Positions 11,210-20,818 of a DNA stretch of 64,000 bases are shown one piece after another. Source of the stretch: an uncultured Holophagaceae bacterium. GTDB lineage: Bacteria > Acidobacteriota > Holophagae > Holophagales > Holophagaceae. A program made the translations under genes and the position numbers. The stretch's first letter is position 1. Each line of letters starts with the position of its first letter. The stretch lies in the NCBI GenBank assembly GCA_963717275.1, contig CAVQVX010000001.1, positions 2,131,686 through 2,195,685 of the forward strand. Direction: 5' to 3'. The notes below the pieces were generated by a model that saw only the letters and a list, made by a program, of their open reading frames with translations, did not search any database and was not told the origin of the DNA.

Positions 11210-12670
11210 TCACACTTCGGCGGTCGGGGCTTCCACGGTGTCGTACAGCTCCATGGCGGGATCGTAGAAGGCGCCGAACAGTTCCTTGTCCGACGGCTTG
11301 TCCTCCTTGATCGGCACGGAGACCCAGGTGGTGTTCATGTAGTGCTTGAGATGGACGTTCTCGGAGATGATGTTGCCGCCCCAGGTCCCGCAGCCCAGGC
11401 TGGAGGTCATGGGCATGCCGTTGTTGAAGGCGCCCGCGTTGGCCTTGGACTGCGGCTGGCGCACCATGATCCGGGACACCGGCGCGGCCATGCGCCAGGC
11501 GGTGGATGTGGTCGGCGTCGAAGGAGTAGATGCCGCAGGAGTGGCCCTTGCCGCCCACTTCGTAGATGCTGCCTGCATCATCTGCAGCGCCTGGTCGAAG
11601 CCCTTGTACCGGTAGAGCGCCAGCAGGGTGGTGAGCTTCTCGCTGGAGAACAGGTGCTGTTTGCCGATGCCGTCGCCGTGGACCATGATGAACTTGCGGT
11701 CGGCGGGAATGGAGAACCCGGCGAACTTGGCCAGCGCCTGCGGGGCGATCGCCACGGTGTCGGGGGTGCGGTGCCCCTCCGCGTCCCACATGGCCTTGCG
11801 CAGCAGTTCCTTCTCCTTGGGCGAGGCGAGGTATCCGCCTTCGGCCTGCAGCTGGGCGACCAACTGGTCGAAGATGGTTTCCTCGATGATCAGGTTGCCG
11901 TCGGCGGAGCAGCCGGAACCGAAATCAGAGGTCTTGGAGAGCCGCGTGTTGCGCGCCGCTTCTTCGACGTTGGCGGTTTCGTCGATGATCATGGTCGAAT
12001 TGCCCGAGCCCACGCCGTAGGCCGGGGTGCCGGAGCTGTAGGCGGCCCGGACCATCGGCTGCCCGCCGGTGGCGATGATCACGTCCGCGCGCGCCATCAG
12101 CGCCTGCGACATGGGGATGTTGACCTTGGTCAGGCACTGCAGGATGTCCGCCGGGGCGCCTTCGCGCTCCAGGGCTTCGCGCATCAGGCGCACGGTCTCG
12201 AAGGAGGTCTTCTTGGAGCGGGGGTGGGGCGAGAAGACCACCACGTCGCGCGCCTTGATGCCGTAGATGGCGTTGCCGGCGGGGGTCAGGTCGGGGTTGG
12301 TGGTCGGCACGATGCAGGCCACGATCCCGGCCGGCTTGCCGTACTTGACGATGCCCTTCTCCGGGAGTTCCTCGATGACGCCCACGCTCTTCTGGCGCAG
12401 CGCGTCGCGCAGGACGCCGCGGATCTTCATGCGCTTGCCCATCCGGCTTTCGGGATCGCCCAGCCGGCTCTCCTCGATGCCCATCGCCACCAGGCGCGTG
12501 AAGGTCTTCTTGTTGGCCACGGCCCAGGCCACGGCCTGGCAGAGACGGTCCACCCTGGCCTGGTCATAGGTCTCGATGATTGCCAGCGCCTTCGCTGCGC
12601 GTTCAAACACCTCGTCCAGTTCCTGCTGCTGCTCGGCAGTGAGCGGTTTCTGCGTTTCAGTTGCGGCCAT
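11210..12670 (-). CDS. CoA-acylating aldehyde dehydrogenase (SauS/AdhE-N-like); compensated double frameshift about 11490-11570
   Basis: PTTNP, ATGGQPMVRAAYSSGTPAYGVGSGN, SKTSDFGSGCS, LGCGTWGGN..SEN; alternative frame gives GKGHSCGIYS. Confidence 0.88.
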   Translation of the reverse strand: MAATETQKPLTAEQQQELDEVFERAAKALAIIETYDQARVDRLCQAVAWAVANKKTFTRLVAMGIEESRLGDPESRMGKRMKIRGVLRDALRQKSVGVIEELPEKGIVKYGKPAGIVACIVPTTNPDLTPAGNAIYGIKARDVVVFSPHPRSKKTSFETVRLMREALEREGAPADILQCLTKVNIPMSQALMARADVIIATGGQPMVRAAYSSGTPAYGVGSGNSTMIIDETANVEEAARNTRLSKTSDFGSGCSADGNLIIEETIFDQLVAQLQAEGGYLASPKEKELLRKAMWDAEGHRTPDTVAIAPQALAKFAGFSIPADRKFIMVHGDGIGKQHLFSSEKLTTLLALYRYKGFDQALQMMQAASTKWAARATPAASTPSTPTTSTAWRMAAPVSRIMVRQPQSKANAGAFNNGMPMTSSLGCGTWGGNIISENVHLKHYMNTTWVSVPIKEDKPSDKELFGAFYDPAMELYDTVEAPTAEV

Positions 12671-12797
12671 GTTGATCACTCCTTCGGTTGTGGTGGTGCG
12701 TCCAGGACCTGCTTGAGCGGCTATCCACGGATGTGCGCGCGGCTCCCGGGGCAGCCCGCAGGTCTCTGATCGAAGCCTGCCCCGGTGCCGTGTGGCT

Positions 12798-12836
12798 CCC
12801 TCCAATGGCGATTGCCAGCGCGGTGCCATTGGAGGG
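12798..12836. promoter_or_regulatory. 12-bp inverted repeat in the leader of the catabolic operon
   Basis: CCCTCCAATGGC...GCCATTGGAGGG. Confidence 0.45.
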
Positions 12837-12899
12837 ATATCAGTTTCATCTTTGAACCCTGACGCCTATCAGTTTACCGTTGCGCCCAAAGCCCAAAAA

Positions 12900-12936
12900 G
12901 TACCGTTTTTATATGCATCGCATATCGGCCCGGTAT
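12900..12936 (-). promoter_or_regulatory. Double LysR-type operator (unit A)
   Basis: GTAC-N7-ATAT then ATAT-N7-GTAT, starts 22 nt apart; aligns with units at 14510, 27533, 30299, 33652. Confidence 0.75.
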
Positions 12937-12937
12937 A

Positions 12938-14278
12938 TCAGGCGCCCTTCTTCCTCCCGAGTTCCGCCATCGGCACGTTGTAGGTTTCGCGGAAGGTCAG
13001 CGCGGCGGTCGCCGAGATGAGCGCGGTCACGCACGTGAAGATGGCGACCGCGGTCCAGCCGCCCGACTTGAACAGGGACGCCGCGATGGCCGGCGCGAAC
13101 CCGCCCAGCGCGAAGCCGATCTGGGTCCCGATCGCCGTCCCGGAGAGCCGGTAGCGGGTGTCGAACTGCTCGTTGAACATCGCCGGCCAGATGCCGTTGT
13201 TGGCGCTGTAGACGACCCCCGACAGGAGCAGGCCGAGCACGAAGATGAGCGGGATGTTCGTGGTCTGGATGGCCCAGAGGAAGGGCCAGATCAGGATCGC
13301 GCACCCGATCGTGCCGAAGATGAAGATCGGCTTGCGCCCGACGCGGTCGGCGATCGCCGCCCAGGCCGGGATCGCGCCGAGCGCGATGACGTTCGCCAGG
13401 ACCACCATGGTCAGCATCGTCGCCTTGGCGATATGCATCACGTTCACGCCGTAGGACAGGGTGTAGACCGCGAAAACGGTGCTCACCACGGAGTAGAAGC
13501 AGGCGAAGATGATCTTGACCACGCCGCCGGGGTTTTCCCGGAACAGCACGGCGACGGGCAGCTTGACCTTGACGGCCTGGGGCGCCTTCTGCGCCGCCTT
13601 GAACGCGGGGGTCTCCTCGAGCGAGCGCCGGATCCAGATGCCGACGCCGACGACCAGGGCGCTGAAGTAGAAGGGGATGCGCCAGCCCCAGCTGAGCAGC
13701 GAAGCCTCCGGCATCGCGCCGATGGGCAGGAACACCAGGGTCGCAAGGATCAGGCCGCCCTGGGTGCCGCTGAGGGTCCAGCTGGTGAAGAAGGCCCGGC
13801 GGTGCGCGGGGGCGTGCTCGAGCGACATGGAGTTCGCGCCGGCCTGCTCACCGGCGGCGGAGAGCCCCTGCAGCAGTCGGCAGACGACCAGGAGGATCGG
13901 AGCCAGAATGCCCACCTGCTGGTAGGTCGGGAGGCAGCCCACCAGGAAGGTGGAGATGCCCATCAGGATGAGGGTCAGGATGAGCACCTTCTTGCGCCCG
14001 TACTTGTCGCCCAGGTGGCCGAGGAAGAATGATCCGATCGGGCGGGCGACGTAGCCGACCCCGAAGGTGGCGAGCGCGGCGATCGTGCCCACCATGGGAT
14101 CCTTCGACGGGAAGAACAGCTTGCCGAAGATCAGCGCCGCGGCGGTGCCGTATACGAAGAAATCGTAGTATTCGAGCGCGCTGCCGATCCATGCGGCGAT
14201 GGCGGCCTTCTTCGGAGTCCTGATACCTTCGGGCTCCTGCGAACCTTCGGCTGGAGACGTGGTTGGCTCGGTAAGCAT
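12938..14278 (-). CDS. MFS metabolite:H+ symporter, ShiA-like (copy 1)
   Basis: GSALEYYDF, RPIG..GHLGDKYGRK, RLLQGLSAAGE, WGWRIPF. Confidence 0.93.
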   Translation of the reverse strand: MLTEPTTSPAEGSQEPEGIRTPKKAAIAAWIGSALEYYDFFVYGTAAALIFGKLFFPSKDPMVGTIAALATFGVGYVARPIGSFFLGHLGDKYGRKKVLILTLILMGISTFLVGCLPTYQQVGILAPILLVVCRLLQGLSAAGEQAGANSMSLEHAPAHRRAFFTSWTLSGTQGGLILATLVFLPIGAMPEASLLSWGWRIPFYFSALVVGVGIWIRRSLEETPAFKAAQKAPQAVKVKLPVAVLFRENPGGVVKIIFACFYSVVSTVFAVYTLSYGVNVMHIAKATMLTMVVLANVIALGAIPAWAAIADRVGRKPIFIFGTIGCAILIWPFLWAIQTTNIPLIFVLGLLLSGVVYSANNGIWPAMFNEQFDTRYRLSGTAIGTQIGFALGGFAPAIAASLFKSGGWTAVAIFTCVTALISATAALTFRETYNVPMAELGRKKGA

Positions 14279-14509
14279 TTGTCCTCCCTATGTGGTCGCG
14301 ACGGACCTGGTTTGTTCTGCTGCGTGATGGGACTGCCTTCGGGCGGCTGCGAGCGTGGCACGGCAAGCCCACGCTGGGTCCCGGGGGACCGGCATGGACC
14401 GATGGACGGGTTGGGTCGGTAGGAACATTCCTGGAAGCAGCACTGCACGATCCAGGATTCAGGCAAAAAGGATTGCTAGAGGTATACCCTTTTGGTCAAG
14501 GCCCATAAA

Positions 14510-14546
14510 ATACCGTTTATATATGTGTGGTATACCACACCGATAT
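14510..14546 (-). promoter_or_regulatory. Double LysR-type operator (unit B) with adjacent TTGACC -35
   Basis: ATAC-cgtttat-ATAT and ATAC-cacaccg-ATAT. Confidence 0.75.
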
Positions 14547-14560
14547 ACTTAATAATTATT

Positions 14561-15487
14561 TCATGTTTTTATATTGACCTCAGTATGCTTGCCGGCCTTG
14601 CCCTTTCCATGCAGGATCTCCCGCATCACCTCCTGGGCCGCGGGCGTCAGGTAGCGGTCCGGAAGGTGGATGATGGCCGGCTGGATGCCGTCCAGGATGC
14701 CTTCGAGGTTGCGCACCTCGAACCGTTCAAAGAAATTCTTCGGTATCAGGTTCAGCGGGAGGATGGCCGCGGCGCGCACCCCGGCGTCCAGGATCCCCAG
14801 GATCACGCTGACGTTCGGGCTGTCCAGCAGGATGCGCGGCGTGATCCCGTGCCTCTGGAATTCCCGGCGCAGCTGGTCGTAGGTCCTCCCGCCGTGCCAG
14901 AGCCTCTGGAGCATCAGCGGGATGTCCTGCAGGACCTTGACGCCGAAGGTCCCGTCGGCCGGCGACGGGATCAGGCCGGTCGGGTACACGACGCAGAAAT
15001 GGTCCACCGGAAGCGGCTGGACATCGAATATCTCCTTTTTCGTGGGCAGCAGGACGAGCGCGAAATCGAGGTTCCGGGTCTCCACATGCTCCTCGAGGGT
15101 CGTGCTGTCGGCCACCAGGACGCGGAACTGCAGCAGGGGAAACCTGGAGGAGAGCTTCGGCACCACTTCCGTGAAGTAGCGCAGGAAGGAGATCGACAGG
15201 CCGATGAAGATCCGGCCCGTGACCCCGACCGCGGCGTTCCGGACCTCCGTGGGGATCTCCGTGAGCTGGTTGAGCGCCTGGCGCGCCCGGTCGTATAGCA
15301 CCTTTCCGGCTTCCGTCACCTGCCAGATGTGGCCCTTCCGGACGATGAGCTCCACGCCCAGTTCGTCCTCCAGCTCCTTGAGGCGCAGGCTCAGGGGCGG
15401 CTGGGAGATGTTCAGGATCTTCGCGGCCCGGCTGATCTGCCCCTGCTCGACGATCGTGCAGAAATACGTTAGCCGTTTCGAGTCCAA
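14561..15487 (-). CDS. LysR-family regulator (copy 1), TTG start
   Basis: LTYFCTIVEQGQISRAAKILNISQPPLS HTH; start inferred from paralog at 25941. Confidence 0.92.
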   Translation of the reverse strand: MDSKRLTYFCTIVEQGQISRAAKILNISQPPLSLRLKELEDELGVELIVRKGHIWQVTEAGKVLYDRARQALNQLTEIPTEVRNAAVGVTGRIFIGLSISFLRYFTEVVPKLSSRFPLLQFRVLVADSTTLEEHVETRNLDFALVLLPTKKEIFDVQPLPVDHFCVVYPTGLIPSPADGTFGVKVLQDIPLMLQRLWHGGRTYDQLRREFQRHGITPRILLDSPNVSVILGILDAGVRAAAILPLNLIPKNFFERFEVRNLEGILDGIQPAIIHLPDRYLTPAAQEVMREILHGKGKAGKHTEVNIKT

Positions 15488-15596
15488 ATGATCCCCCTGA
15501 TTGACGGAAAGATAATACCTAATGCGGCCGGATTCGGCATGGAGTTTCCTTATGATGATCCTTGGTGGGCCGATAAGTCCAGGAAGGGAGTGGGGG

Positions 15597-16286
15597 ATGC
15601 CAGACGCCAGCGAAAACCGGAGTTCCGGACGGGTGGAGGACGCCCCGGTGGCGGCGCCTCCGGAACTCATCGTCCAGTGCTACTCGCGGGTGGAATACTA
15701 CCAGCCTCTCTACGGCGTCACGGGCCTCGACGAGCCGCTGCGCGGCTGCCGCGACCGGGCCCTGGCCATCGAAGCCGCCCTGGCGCACCTGGCCAAACCC
15801 TTCAGCCTGGTGGACTTCGGCTCCTCGCTGGGCTACTTCCCGTTCTTTTTCGCGGATCGCGGCGCCATCGCCACCGGCATCGACATCAATCCGGAGAATA
15901 CCGCCATGGCCCTGGCCGTGCAGAAGGTCAACGGCCTGCCCGCCCAGTTCGGGACCGCGCCCCTGGACCTGGAGACGGTTTCCGTCATCCGTCCCGGCAA
16001 ATTCGACGTGGCGCTGATCCTGAGCGTGCTGCACCACATCAACCGCAAGCGCGGCCTCGGGTACGTGCAGCAGCTGCTCGCCGAGCTGCTGGCGCGCATC
16101 CCGAACCTGGTATTGGAACTGGCGCACCGGGAGGAGAAGGTCGATTTTGCCTGGAGGGACGCCCTGCCCGAGGATCCGCTGGCGGTGCTGGCCGCCTGCG
16201 GCCAGGTCCGGGTCCGGATGCTCGCCCAATCCCGGAGCCACCTCTCCGACAGCAGCCGTCCGCTCTACCTGGTATCGGCGGCCTGA
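15597..16286 (+). CDS. Class I SAM methyltransferase resembling the WbdD methyltransferase domain
   Basis: DFGSSLGYF SAM motif; LSVLHH, LELA..EE..W..P.DP and HLS...RPLYLVS recall WbdD (from memory). Confidence 0.8.
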   Translation: MPDASENRSSGRVEDAPVAAPPELIVQCYSRVEYYQPLYGVTGLDEPLRGCRDRALAIEAALAHLAKPFSLVDFGSSLGYFPFFFADRGAIATGIDINPENTAMALAVQKVNGLPAQFGTAPLDLETVSVIRPGKFDVALILSVLHHINRKRGLGYVQQLLAELLARIPNLVLELAHREEKVDFAWRDALPEDPLAVLAACGQVRVRMLAQSRSHLSDSSRPLYLVSAA

Positions 16287-17230
16287 TGCCAGGCGCCGCG
16301 CCGCCGGAACCCTGGCTGGGCGACCCGCAGGCCGCGGCCCTGGTGCAGGGCGCGCTCGGGGTCCAGCCCGCGGCGGTCCAGCGCCAGCACCTGACCGAAA
16401 GCGGCAACGCCGTCTTCCGGGCCGACCTCGCCGACGGGCGCGCGGTGGTGCTCCGGGCGAGTCCCCGGGCCGGCACCTTCGCCTGGACCGCGGCCAACCT
16501 CGACATCCTGAGGGGGCTCGGGCTGCCGGTCCAGACCGTCCTGGCCCTCGGCCCCACGCCCGAGGGCGGGTCCTTCATCGTCCTGGACTGGCTGCCGGGG
16601 CGGGACCTGCTGTTCGAACTGGCCCGGATGACCCGCCCGCAGATGACCCGGATGGCCGAGACCATCACCGGATTCCAGCGGCGGATCGGCACCCTGCCCC
16701 GCGGCGCGGGGTTCGGCTGGGCCCCCGTCGGCAGGAAGCCCGCCCACGCCCGCTGGACCGACATCTTCGGACCGCCGGCCGCGGAGCCCCTGGACCCGGA
16801 GGCCTCCCCGCTCAACCCCATGCGCAACCGCCTGCTCCCCCTGCGCCGGGCCCTGGAGCCGGTCTTCGCCGCCCAGCAGCCGGTGTGCTTCGTGGACGAA
16901 TTCGTCCTCAAGAACATCCTCGTGGAGGACGGCGCCCTGCGCGGCCTCATCGACCTGGACTACGTCTGCTACGGGGACCCGCTCTTCTCGGTGGGCGTGA
17001 CCCTGGCGGCGATCGCGGCGGAGGTGGGCGAAGCCGGCCGGTTCTATGGCGAGGAACTGGTCCGCTGCTGGGCCCCCGGCGCCGACGGGCTGCGCTCGAT
17101 CCGCTTCTACAGCGCGCTGTGGGTCATGGGCCTGCTCAGCGCCGCGGTCGCGGTCGAGGACCTGGACCGGATCCGGCACCTGGTGCCCATCGCCCGGAAC
17201 CTCCTGGATGCCGCGGAGGCCCAGGCCTGA
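16286..17230 (+). CDS. APH/choline-kinase-like phosphotransferase, translationally coupled to the methyltransferase
   Basis: TGATG overlap; VVLR, FIVLDWLPG, DEFVLKNILV..GLIDLD..GDP. Confidence 0.75.
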   Translation: MPGAAPPEPWLGDPQAAALVQGALGVQPAAVQRQHLTESGNAVFRADLADGRAVVLRASPRAGTFAWTAANLDILRGLGLPVQTVLALGPTPEGGSFIVLDWLPGRDLLFELARMTRPQMTRMAETITGFQRRIGTLPRGAGFGWAPVGRKPAHARWTDIFGPPAAEPLDPEASPLNPMRNRLLPLRRALEPVFAAQQPVCFVDEFVLKNILVEDGALRGLIDLDYVCYGDPLFSVGVTLAAIAAEVGEAGRFYGEELVRCWAPGADGLRSIRFYSALWVMGLLSAAVAVEDLDRIRHLVPIARNLLDAAEAQA

Positions 17231-17242
17231 CCGCCGGTGCGA

Positions 17243-18580
17243 TCACTTGCCGGCGGCCAGCCTGGCCGCGGCATGGAGATCCAGGCGCGAATAGACACCG
17301 AACGCCGACCCGTCATCCAGGAAGCCGCCGCCGGGGCCTTCCGTCTCGGTGAGGATCCGGTCCGCCGATTCGAGCGTCAACTGCGGAAAAGCCACCGTCA
17401 GCAGGTAGCCCGCTTCGGGGATCAGCTTGCCCACGTCTTCCAGCACGCCCGCGTTCCGGCTGAAGACGACCGGCAGGTTGTAGGTCTGGGTCGAAGCGTA
17501 GAAGGCCTCGTTCGCGGCGGGGTTGCTGAAACGCCCCGTGTCCTCCCGCGCGCAGGCTTCGACCGTGTTGCCGCAGGCCGCCTGCAAGGCCGGAACCAGC
17601 TCGGCCCGGGCCTTCAGCACTGCGGCCCGGAAATCCGGAATGACCGGGGCCCCCTTCAGGGACTGGCCGACATAGGCGGGGTCGTTTGCCAGGAGATGGG
17701 CCATGTCATGAAGCACCAGCGTCCGCCCGGCGAGGACATCCATCGTGTAGTGAGCGCCCATGATGATGCGGTCGTTCCCGTACTCCGCGCCCCGGGTGAT
17801 CATCTGCGGATACCGTTCCGGCACCAGGATGGCGAGCAGCAGCGCGCCGGTGTAACCGTAGGTGGTATGGCCGCTCGGGAATGAAGGGCTCGCGACCAGG
17901 TTCATGATCGGGCCGCGGTTGTAGTCGAGGTTGTCGGCCGGAGCGTTGAAGTAGTCCAGGCCGGAAATGCGCGAAACGTTCGGCTCCGTCTGGAAGGGGC
18001 GGGAATTCCCGAACGGATCGGCGCCGGGAGAGCCCGCCGGAAGGCCGTAGCTCCTGCCGAAGACGTCCGTGGTGCCGCGCAGGGCCGCCAGGACCGCCTG
18101 CGCCTGGGGCGAGACCGGTGTTTTCCCGTCGGTCGTCGCGTTCGCGAAAAAGAACTTGCCGGAAGCCGCATGGGCCGAAGTGGTCTCATGGGCATAGGCG
18201 ATGACCTCGGCGACGGCCTTGGACACGTTCGTGCAGTGCTCCCGGTCGATGTAGTGGGCGCGCGCGAGGTAGGCGGAGCCCAGGGTGGTGCCGAGTCCGT
18301 CGGCGAGATCGGCGAGATCGCCCGAGGTGATGAAGGCGTCCCGCAGCGCCTGCTGCTGCTGTTCCGGGAAGGGCAGCAGGGTGGGCTGGGCGACGACTCC
18401 CGCCTGGATCCCCCCGGTGACAGTGTAGTTCGAACCGAGGGCGGCCCGCCCCGCCACCGTGTTCGGCAGGGCGGCCGTCGGCGCGAGCCCCTTCAGGGTT
18501 GCCATGTCGGTGGGCGTCTGGGCCGCGGCCTGGAGCGAAAGCAGGGCGCAAAGGGCCGAAAGGTGCAGGACGTCACGCAT
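17243..18580 (-). CDS. Secreted PAP2-family acid phosphatase
   Basis: Signal peptide; SRPF, PSFPSGHT, RIIMGAHYTMDV. Confidence 0.85.
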   Translation of the reverse strand: MRDVLHLSALCALLSLQAAAQTPTDMATLKGLAPTAALPNTVAGRAALGSNYTVTGGIQAGVVAQPTLLPFPEQQQQALRDAFITSGDLADLADGLGTTLGSAYLARAHYIDREHCTNVSKAVAEVIAYAHETTSAHAASGKFFFANATTDGKTPVSPQAQAVLAALRGTTDVFGRSYGLPAGSPGADPFGNSRPFQTEPNVSRISGLDYFNAPADNLDYNRGPIMNLVASPSFPSGHTTYGYTGALLLAILVPERYPQMITRGAEYGNDRIIMGAHYTMDVLAGRTLVLHDMAHLLANDPAYVGQSLKGAPVIPDFRAAVLKARAELVPALQAACGNTVEACAREDTGRFSNPAANEAFYASTQTYNLPVVFSRNAGVLEDVGKLIPEAGYLLTVAFPQLTLESADRILTETEGPGGGFLDDGSAFGVYSRLDLHAAARLAAGK

Positions 18581-19034
18581 GTGCTGTCTCCTTTTCCAGG
18601 TCGTTGAAACCCATGGTCCTCCGGCATGACCGCGAGCGGGTGGACAAAGGGCTTTGGAGGGCTGCGGTCAGTCGCTCGATCGCCGGGGCCTGTGTTGGAG
18701 CATAAGGTAAATCCTTGTAAAATTAGTGTTAATTCATTCTCAATAAACGGCTTCAAAAGACAATCTGGACGGATCAATCGTGAATCCGATTGGACGGGCA
18801 TCCGATGGCGATGGGCTTCCCCCAACCCTTCAGGGCATGGATGGATATCTTGACAGATTGTAAAATAATTTAAAAATATCCAGTGACGGGATTCGTTTCG
18901 TCACATTGGCAAGGTCTTATTTTTTACAGTTTATATTGATTCATTCCGGAACGATTCGAATGCTTATGCACTCATTCAATTTTTTGCCACCATTCAAGGC
19001 GGTTTGCCGGTTTGTGCCACAATAATAAAAATGC

Positions 19035-19265
19035 ATGGTGGAATCGATGTTCAGCTATCCCGAAGCGTTCCTCAGGACCCTGGCCTTCCGGAGAGCGATC
19101 CGAGCCATCAAAGACGCCCAGAAGGACTCATGGTACGTTGCGGATCTGCTCCGGATCAGGCTGGAAGGCGGACTGAGCACGCCCGGCGAAGTCCTGGCCG
19201 CCCTCAAGGCCCGGAAAACCCATTCCGATCCGGAGAGCAGGTTTGGGGAGCAGCCGGATCTGTAG
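19035..19265 (+). CDS. Small hypothetical protein
   Basis: 76-aa ORF after an AT-rich promoter-like tract; no recognisable motif. Confidence 0.35.
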   Translation: MVESMFSYPEAFLRTLAFRRAIRAIKDAQKDSWYVADLLRIRLEGGLSTPGEVLAALKARKTHSDPESRFGEQPDL

Positions 19266-19729
19266 GCACAGGAGGGGCACGGCAGGCTGGTTGCGCCGGT
19301 GCTGCTGGAACAGGGATGAACGCCGATGTTTGGGATGAAGGGGGATCTGCTCGCCCTGAAACTGACCCCTTCATCATTTCCTGCAGTCGCGCTGGGCTTG
19401 CCGACAGTCCCTAGTCAAGCATTGGCCATTCACTGCAATAATTAATCTTAATCATATCACGGCAAGCAAATCCCGGAATCGGACCCGACGCGCCAGGAGA
19501 ATCGGGTGAAAAGTCTGTAGCTTTAGGCAATCATCCCGGCCCCCTGCTTTCTAAACTTCAGGATGTCCCCGGGATCCGAACGGGGATTTAAAGTGGAGAG
19601 GCCATGGACATGGCCGGGCCGATGACCGGAACCGGTCGCGTCAATAGAGGTCTGCCTGGCCGGCAGCCACCCTGAACCCCCTGGCCGTTGCCCATGAACC
19701 ACCAACCATTGCCAGCCATGGAGAAACCG

Positions 19730-20806
19730 ATGACAACGAACGTGCTTGGTTACGCCGCGAAGTCCGCCAAGGAGGATCTGGCCCCCTTCCGCTTTGAGCG
19801 TCGGGACGCGCGCCCCGACGATGTGGTGATCGAGATCCTGTACTGCGGAGTCTGCCACTCCGATCTGCACACGGCTCGGAACGATTGGGGCTGGACCACC
19901 TATCCGATCGTCCCCGGCCACGAGGTCATCGGCCGGGTGGTCGCGGTCGGGAAGGACGTCACCCGGTTCAAGCCCGGCGACCAGGTGGGCGTCGGATGCA
20001 TGGTGGATTCCTGCCGCCACTGCGAAACCTGCGAATCCGGCGAGGAGCAGGACCGCGACGGCGCCGTCTACACCTACGGCGGGCAGGACCGCCACGACCA
20101 CTCGAAAACCCAGGGCGGGTATTCCGAGAAGATCGTCGTTTCCGACGCCTTCGTCCTGCGCATCCCCGATGGACTGGACCTGAAGGGGGCCGCGCCGCTC
20201 CTGTGCGCCGGCATCACCACCTGGTCGCCCCTGCGCCACTGGAAGGCGGGCAAGGGCAGCGAGGTCGCCGTCGTGGGCCTGGGCGGCCTGGGCCACATGG
20301 GCCTGAAGCTGGCCAAGGCGCTGGGCGCGGAGGTCACCCTGTTCACCCGCTCCAGGGGCAAGGAGGAGGACGCCCGGCGTCTGGGCGCCGACCACATCGT
20401 GATCTCCGCCGACCCCACCCAGATGGCCGCCGTCAGCGGCCGGTTCGACCTGATCATCGACACCGTGCCCTACATCCATGACCTGAATCCCTACATGCCG
20501 ACCCTGGCCAAGGACGGCACCCTGGTCCTGGTGGGCTACCTGGGCGCCCTGGACCCGTTCCTCAACACGACCCCCATGGTGCTGCGGCGCAAATCCGTGG
20601 CGGGCTCGCTCATCGGCGGCATCAAGGAGACCCAGGAGCTCCTGGATTTCTGCGGCCAGCACGGCATCACATCGGAGGTCGAGGTGATCCGCATGCAGGA
20701 CATCAACGCGGCCTATGAACGGATGCTCAAGAGCGATGTGAAGTACCGCTTCGTCATCGACATGGCCACCCTGAAGGCCAGGGATGAGCAGTACGTCGGC
20801 AACTGA
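19730..20806 (+). CDS. Zn-dependent NAD(P) alcohol dehydrogenase (CAD/YahK-like)
   Basis: CGVCHSD, PGHEVIG, LLCAGITT, GLGGLGH, DVKYRFVID. Confidence 0.93.
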   Translation: MTTNVLGYAAKSAKEDLAPFRFERRDARPDDVVIEILYCGVCHSDLHTARNDWGWTTYPIVPGHEVIGRVVAVGKDVTRFKPGDQVGVGCMVDSCRHCETCESGEEQDRDGAVYTYGGQDRHDHSKTQGGYSEKIVVSDAFVLRIPDGLDLKGAAPLLCAGITTWSPLRHWKAGKGSEVAVVGLGGLGHMGLKLAKALGAEVTLFTRSRGKEEDARRLGADHIVISADPTQMAAVSGRFDLIIDTVPYIHDLNPYMPTLAKDGTLVLVGYLGALDPFLNTTPMVLRRKSVAGSLIGGIKETQELLDFCGQHGITSEVEVIRMQDINAAYERMLKSDVKYRFVIDMATLKARDEQYVGN

Positions 20807-20818
20807 ACCGGAGGCCCC

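Noticed and set aside
9941-12769. Very long antisense ORFs (e.g. 942 aa here, 795 aa at 27551, 639 aa at 2505)
   Set aside because: Shadow frames of real GC-rich genes on the opposite strand; no motifs
12813-12828. Sigma-54 promoter TGGCAC-N5-TGGC on the minus strand
   Set aside because: It lies inside an inverted repeat, no enhancer-binding protein is in the window, and the LysR/sigma-70 layout explains the promoter better
15569-15576. FliA -10 element GCCGATAA before the methyltransferase (similar ones near 5020 and 48020)
   Set aside because: No TAAA -35 at the 15-nt spacing, so too weak to call
18600-19700. ncRNA or att site in the long AT-rich spacer
   Set aside because: No tRNA fragment, recognisable riboswitch or convincing repeat found by eye
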